64,000 nt of DNA from Myxococcota bacterium. Lineage in GTDB: Bacteria > Myxococcota_A > SURF-8. This document shows positions 59,765-64,000 of this stretch, piece after piece. Location of the stretch: assembly GCA_965140415.1 (NCBI GenBank), contig OZ223209.1, forward strand, positions 3,488,001 through 3,552,000. Reading direction: 5' to 3'. Position numbers and translations under genes: made by a program. Positions within the stretch are counted from its first letter, which is position 1; every line of letters begins with the position of its first letter. The notes beneath the pieces were generated by a model, which ran no database searches, was not told where the DNA came from, and saw nothing but the letters and a program-made list of their open reading frames with translations.

Positions 59765-61636
59765 CTACGGATGCTTGGCAAGCGCTTTCATCTTGTCCGA
59801 ATACAAGCGTACTCCACGAGCGATACCTTGGGCAATTTGCTCCTGATAGGCGGAACTGCGTAGCCGCAATTCTTCTGTCGGATTGGAAATAAACGAAGTC
59901 TCAACCAACACCGCCGGCATTCGCGCATACAACAAAACATGAAAAACGGCACGACGAACGCCACGATCCACTACTTTGGAATGTTTTTTCTTGATCTGCT
60001 TGACCAGCGATTTTTGTACCAGATTGGCCAGCATGATCGAATCGGTAATATTGGCGTTCATCGACAGATCCGTAAGGATGAATTCCAGATCCGAAATTTC
60101 TTTCCCCGCCGATTTGTTTTCTCGATCTGCCAGGCGGGAGGAATAGGAATCCGAGGAGTTATTTAAGTAAAATGTCTCGATACCGCTGAATTTCCGTTTC
60201 CGATTGGCATTGCAGTGAATCGACAAGAACAAGTCGGCATTGATATCATTAGCGATACGGGTGCGATCCAGCAATTCCATCGACTTATCACCCGTTCGCG
60301 TCAAGACCACTTTCAATCCCTGCTCTTTTTCCAGAATCCGCTTCAACTTCTTGCTGATCGCCAGCACGATATCCTTTTCATGCGTGCCTTTTCGGCCAAT
60401 CGCACCGGTATCGTCTCCACCATGTCCCGGATCGATCACAATCGTTTTTACTTCAAAGGGAGCCAGCGAGTCTTTTTTCCTGGCGGGAGCCGTGTCAATC
60501 AACTGCTCGACGGATTCGATGGCGCTCTTCTTTTCCTTCTTATCCTTATCAGATGCATTCTCAGCAATCTGAGTTTGATCATTTGGCTCTTTATCTTGCA
60601 GTTTCTGTGAAACCACTACCGTATTCTTAGGAGGAACCTCCTCTTTCTTCGCTTGTGCGACAGGCACCGGCACTGTAGCGGAACCACCCTTTGTTTTGAT
60701 GGAAATTATCGTCATCGGAGGAGAAAGGCTATTGGAAAGCCCAAAGCCACCGGCAATGGCAGACAGCTCAAATACGACCCTGACCGTATCCTGATTGAAT
60801 TGAGCGACCCGAACCCCAAGAACTCGTGCATCCGTCAGAGACCATTCGGTTTGAACATCCTGATTCAGCCTTGTGTTGCTGAAATCAAAAAAGAGACGGC
60901 GAGGCTTCTCCCCAACTGCGGGAATTTCACCCTGAGTCATCGCAGCCAGTTTGGAAAAGCTCAACTGCAACTGTGTATGGTCAGCTTGACTGGCAATTGA
61001 CGCGCCTTTCAAGATGGCAGGTCCGGGATCGGCCATGATAACACGTACCCCCCCGGATTCTTCTTTCAATACCTCTGGCGCTTTAGGTTGATCTTTCGAG
61101 GCTTTCGCATCCCCCCAGTCATCACCCAATTCATGCAACAGGTCGCTGGCAGAGGAGTTCATATCGCCATTGGGGTAGGCTTTCACACAATGTCGAAGAA
61201 CTCGCTTTGCTTCCGAAGATTCTCCAATGCGAACGTAAATCGTTGCCGCATGATACAAGCCGTCGTCGGCCAGAGAAGAGCGCGGGCACTGTTTTGCTAG
61301 CTTCTCGAAGCGCTCCGCAGCCAACTTTCGATCACTTTTCAGGTAGGAAACATCCGCCAGTCCCTGATACAATTTGCCCAGGTTGTAAAGCGAATCACAG
61401 GCACGCGAGTGCTTGGGATAACGCTCCACAATGCGCTCGAACCGTTTGATCTGTTTTTGCCACTTGTCTCGATACTTGTGCAGTCGCTTGGCCTGCTTGA
61501 ATTCGTTCAGACTCTCCTTTGCCTTTTCATAGTCCTGATCGGCACCAGCCCAAACAACGGAGCTAGTAAGCAGCGTAATGCTTATTACAAGACAAACGAC
61601 AACGGCTAGGCATTTACTGAGCATCATGGTTACCAT
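59765..61636 (-). CDS. amiC: N-acetylmuramoyl-L-alanine amidase (AmiC-like: TPR + AMIN + Amidase_3); start approximate
   Basis: IVIDPGHGG.D.GA, EKD, FLSIHCNA, GIETF, PAVLVE..FISN..E; AMIN (VRVAQF....VRVVF); N-terminal TPR (YP.S..ADD). Confidence 0.9.
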   Translation of the reverse strand: MVTMMLSKCLAVVVCLVISITLLTSSVVWAGADQDYEKAKESLNEFKQAKRLHKYRDKWQKQIKRFERIVERYPKHSRACDSLYNLGKLYQGLADVSYLKSDRKLAAERFEKLAKQCPRSSLADDGLYHAATIYVRIGESSEAKRVLRHCVKAYPNGDMNSSASDLLHELGDDWGDAKASKDQPKAPEVLKEESGGVRVIMADPGPAILKGASIASQADHTQLQLSFSKLAAMTQGEIPAVGEKPRRLFFDFSNTRLNQDVQTEWSLTDARVLGVRVAQFNQDTVRVVFELSAIAGGFGLSNSLSPPMTIISIKTKGGSATVPVPVAQAKKEEVPPKNTVVVSQKLQDKEPNDQTQIAENASDKDKKEKKSAIESVEQLIDTAPARKKDSLAPFEVKTIVIDPGHGGDDTGAIGRKGTHEKDIVLAISKKLKRILEKEQGLKVVLTRTGDKSMELLDRTRIANDINADLFLSIHCNANRKRKFSGIETFYLNNSSDSYSSRLADRENKSAGKEISDLEFILTDLSMNANITDSIMLANLVQKSLVKQIKKKHSKVVDRGVRRAVFHVLLYARMPAVLVETSFISNPTEELRLRSSAYQEQIAQGIARGVRLYSDKMKALAKHP

Positions 61637-61752
61637 GGGTTCAATATCGAAAAGTGAAAACGATATATTAAATGGATTATAGCACATTCGACACAAAGTT
61701 TCAATGACAGTTCAATGAAGATTGGAGGAAAAACGGTAGCAACCTCTTTGAC

Positions 61753-63786
61753 TTACTGAGAATCGCGGTCTCCGAATATCGTCTGCACGCCTTCGGGAGA
61801 ATTCAGTATCCCATATCCATTGTGTCCGATTCCCTGGGCAATAACCAGCAAATGGGGTTGGTAGCCATAATATTCGGCGATGTGATTGAAATAAATCTGA
61901 CCTCGTCGCAAACGATTTTCACCCTGCAACATGGCTTCGCAGGTGATTTCAAGATTCTCATCGATTTCCGTATCTTCACTGCCCAACAGATAGACAATGT
62001 CGCGCTGTTCCATCTGTAACCGGATACGCGTTGCACCCACTCGCCCCATGTAATAGTTCAGGTCATTCAAACCGAACTTGTAATCGTTGTAGCTCATACA
62101 ACCTGTTTGCGGCACTTCGAAAAGGAAGTCTTGCTCTCCATCAAAGCGCTTATCATCCAAGTAAAGGAAGGTGGCGCAATTGGACACCACATACCGGACG
62201 GGAACCCCCAAGGTCGACTCGTCTTCATTTCCTGCGGCATACCGTTGGACGTATTGCGCTCCGGCAGAATGCCCGATAAGCACAATCCCCTTCAAATTAG
62301 GGAATTTTCCATACTTGGTCAGTTTATCCATCAAGGTGTCCATCACGGTGTAAGAACTGACTTCCACCCCCAAAGCCCCCGCACACAAATCTCCCCGTTT
62401 CCAGGCAGCACTCGTTTCCCAGTACAGGTCGAACTCGTCCGGGCTATCTTCTGGTAATATGAAGCGAGGAGCAATCAACAACGTATTATTCGTAGCACGA
62501 GCATACTGCGCGGCATGGTAAAGCCACTCGTAATACTCACCGGCATTGCGATTCAACCCGTGTACTACGATCACTGCATATTCGATCTGTAGGTTCTCAT
62601 ACCCAAGACCGTAATTGCGGTAATACTGCACTTTCTTGTTTCCGGTGTCCGGAATCGTGAAACGTCCGAAATGCTCGCTCAAGATCGGAATGCAACCATT
62701 GACACCGTTACCGGAATACTCCTCCGGGCAATCTCCACAAACCGCCACACCGCTTGTATCGTCACAAACAGCCAACGGATCGCAACCGCCGTTATCCACC
62801 TCGCAAGGGCCATCCGGCTCGCATCCCGTCAATCCATCGCCATGGTAACCGGAGGGACAAGGACCGCACTCGTAGCTTCCCGGCAGATTCACGCATTCCG
62901 TCAAGGCATCGCAGCCCCCACGATTGGTTCCACATTCATTGATGTCTTCACAACCGACAACACCATCACCGGTATACCCATCAGGACAGTCACCGCATTC
63001 AAACGAACCGATTGTGTTGATACATGCCGTCAGTGAATCGCAGCCGCCATTGTCCTGAAGACACTCATTGAGATCCGCACAGCCACTGCGCCCATCGCCT
63101 TCAAAGCCTTCCGGACAAGGTCCGCATGTCGTCCCGCCAGCATGTTCCTCACAGCTTGTCAGAGGATCGCAACCTCCGTTATCTTGATCGCAGGTCTGAA
63201 CCGGATCGCAGCGAACGAGCGGATCTCCACGAAACCCATAGGGACACTCACACGAATATCCTCCGGCGGACAGATCGAAACAAACCGCATTCAAGCCACA
63301 AGGACGATCCAGACACTCTAGCGCCTGTTGCTCGGTAACCTCTTCAAATTCATAGTCTTTTTCCTGCTCAATGTCCAGCTCTGTATCCAATTCCCAATCG
63401 ATCTCAATGTCACCATCCTGGACTAAATCCCACTCTGTCCCCTCAGAATCGTCGCCATCCAGGAGCAAATCTCCGTCTGAATTCGGTTCGCCGTCCGGAT
63501 CGCCGTCCGGTTCGGCATCACCTTCCGACATGAGATCCTCATCAGCAGGAAGATTTCCGTCGAATTCGTCGCTCTCTTCCGCTTCGGTGGGTGTATCCAA
63601 ATCTCCATCTTCAGAATCAAGATCCTGATCGGGAAATTCCAACACATCCACATCTTGATCGGTTTGTTGTTGAGAACCTGGACCGGTATCAAGCGAACAA
63701 GCGGTCAAACTCATCGTAAAAATACAGACAAGCAACAGAAGAAGCATTGAATTAGTCTGTGAATTTAAGTGCTTAGATAATTGCAT
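61753..63786 (-). CDS. Predicted lipoprotein: acidic DGD linker, five EGF-like repeats, C-terminal alpha/beta hydrolase; start approximate
   Basis: Lipobox LTAC; DLNEC/DINEC...CGPCP.GY.GDG repeats; VVHG..RNA, GHSAG.Q...RY, G..D, GH. Confidence 0.82.
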   Translation of the reverse strand: MQLSKHLNSQTNSMLLLLLVCIFTMSLTACSLDTGPGSQQQTDQDVDVLEFPDQDLDSEDGDLDTPTEAEESDEFDGNLPADEDLMSEGDAEPDGDPDGEPNSDGDLLLDGDDSEGTEWDLVQDGDIEIDWELDTELDIEQEKDYEFEEVTEQQALECLDRPCGLNAVCFDLSAGGYSCECPYGFRGDPLVRCDPVQTCDQDNGGCDPLTSCEEHAGGTTCGPCPEGFEGDGRSGCADLNECLQDNGGCDSLTACINTIGSFECGDCPDGYTGDGVVGCEDINECGTNRGGCDALTECVNLPGSYECGPCPSGYHGDGLTGCEPDGPCEVDNGGCDPLAVCDDTSGVAVCGDCPEEYSGNGVNGCIPILSEHFGRFTIPDTGNKKVQYYRNYGLGYENLQIEYAVIVVHGLNRNAGEYYEWLYHAAQYARATNNTLLIAPRFILPEDSPDEFDLYWETSAAWKRGDLCAGALGVEVSSYTVMDTLMDKLTKYGKFPNLKGIVLIGHSAGAQYVQRYAAGNEDESTLGVPVRYVVSNCATFLYLDDKRFDGEQDFLFEVPQTGCMSYNDYKFGLNDLNYYMGRVGATRIRLQMEQRDIVYLLGSEDTEIDENLEITCEAMLQGENRLRRGQIYFNHIAEYYGYQPHLLVIAQGIGHNGYGILNSPEGVQTIFGDRDSQ

Positions 63787-63866
63787 AATCTTCAAGAAAG
63801 CCAGATCCCGCAAAAGATCCCGTTTCACTCCAATAAGCAGAAAGGATGCAAAATGCGTGAACTTGT

Positions 63867-64000
63867 TCAGATTTTCAGATTGGCTACACAGGTCCAATAA
63901 TTATCGAGATTCTGCCGAACAATCAACATCATCTCCTGCATTACCGATTCCTGCAACACGAACTGCTGTCGTTTCAGATCTTTCGTGTCCCCCAGCAATG
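63867..64000 (-). CDS. 3' end of an unidentified gene running off the right edge
   Basis: Open frame of 43 codons (..LLGDTKDLKRQQFV...ANLKI) ending TGA at 63867, co-oriented with the downstream gene. Confidence 0.35.
   Translation of the reverse strand, partial: LLGDTKDLKRQQFVLQESVMQEMMLIVRQNLDNYWTCVANLKI

Overview
Bacterial chromosomal window, gene-dense, with a deltaproteobacterial (Myxococcota/Desulfobacterota-like) gene complement inferred from synteny and protein families. Housekeeping loci: pepD, rng plus a TIGR03960/TIGR03936 radical SAM gene, ligA, amgK-murU-like pair, zapA-6S RNA-rny-ymdB-tyrS, pyk, secG-tRNA-Leu(GAG), ftsB, thiL and an amiC-like amidase. There are also fatty-acid/acyl-CoA genes. 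The accessory content is more interesting: (i) an AT-richer five-gene cluster (2.8-12.0 kb) with two GT-C/ArnT-like membrane proteins that share an N-terminal motif and bracket a B12 radical SAM, a DegT aminotransferase and a SPASM/twitch radical SAM, directly followed by an orphan minimal flagellin; (ii) six otherwise unrelated predicted lipoproteins that all carry acidic Asp-Gly-Asp (DGD) linkers, one expanded into 22 tandem 18-bp units and one carrying five eukaryote-like EGF repeats; (iii) a membrane-anchored PPDK/rifampicin-phosphotransferase-like protein; (iv) a tandem pair of HTH-less cNMP-binding proteins. I saw no transposase, integrase, prophage or CRISPR array. All calls come from motif reading by eye; no searches were run.
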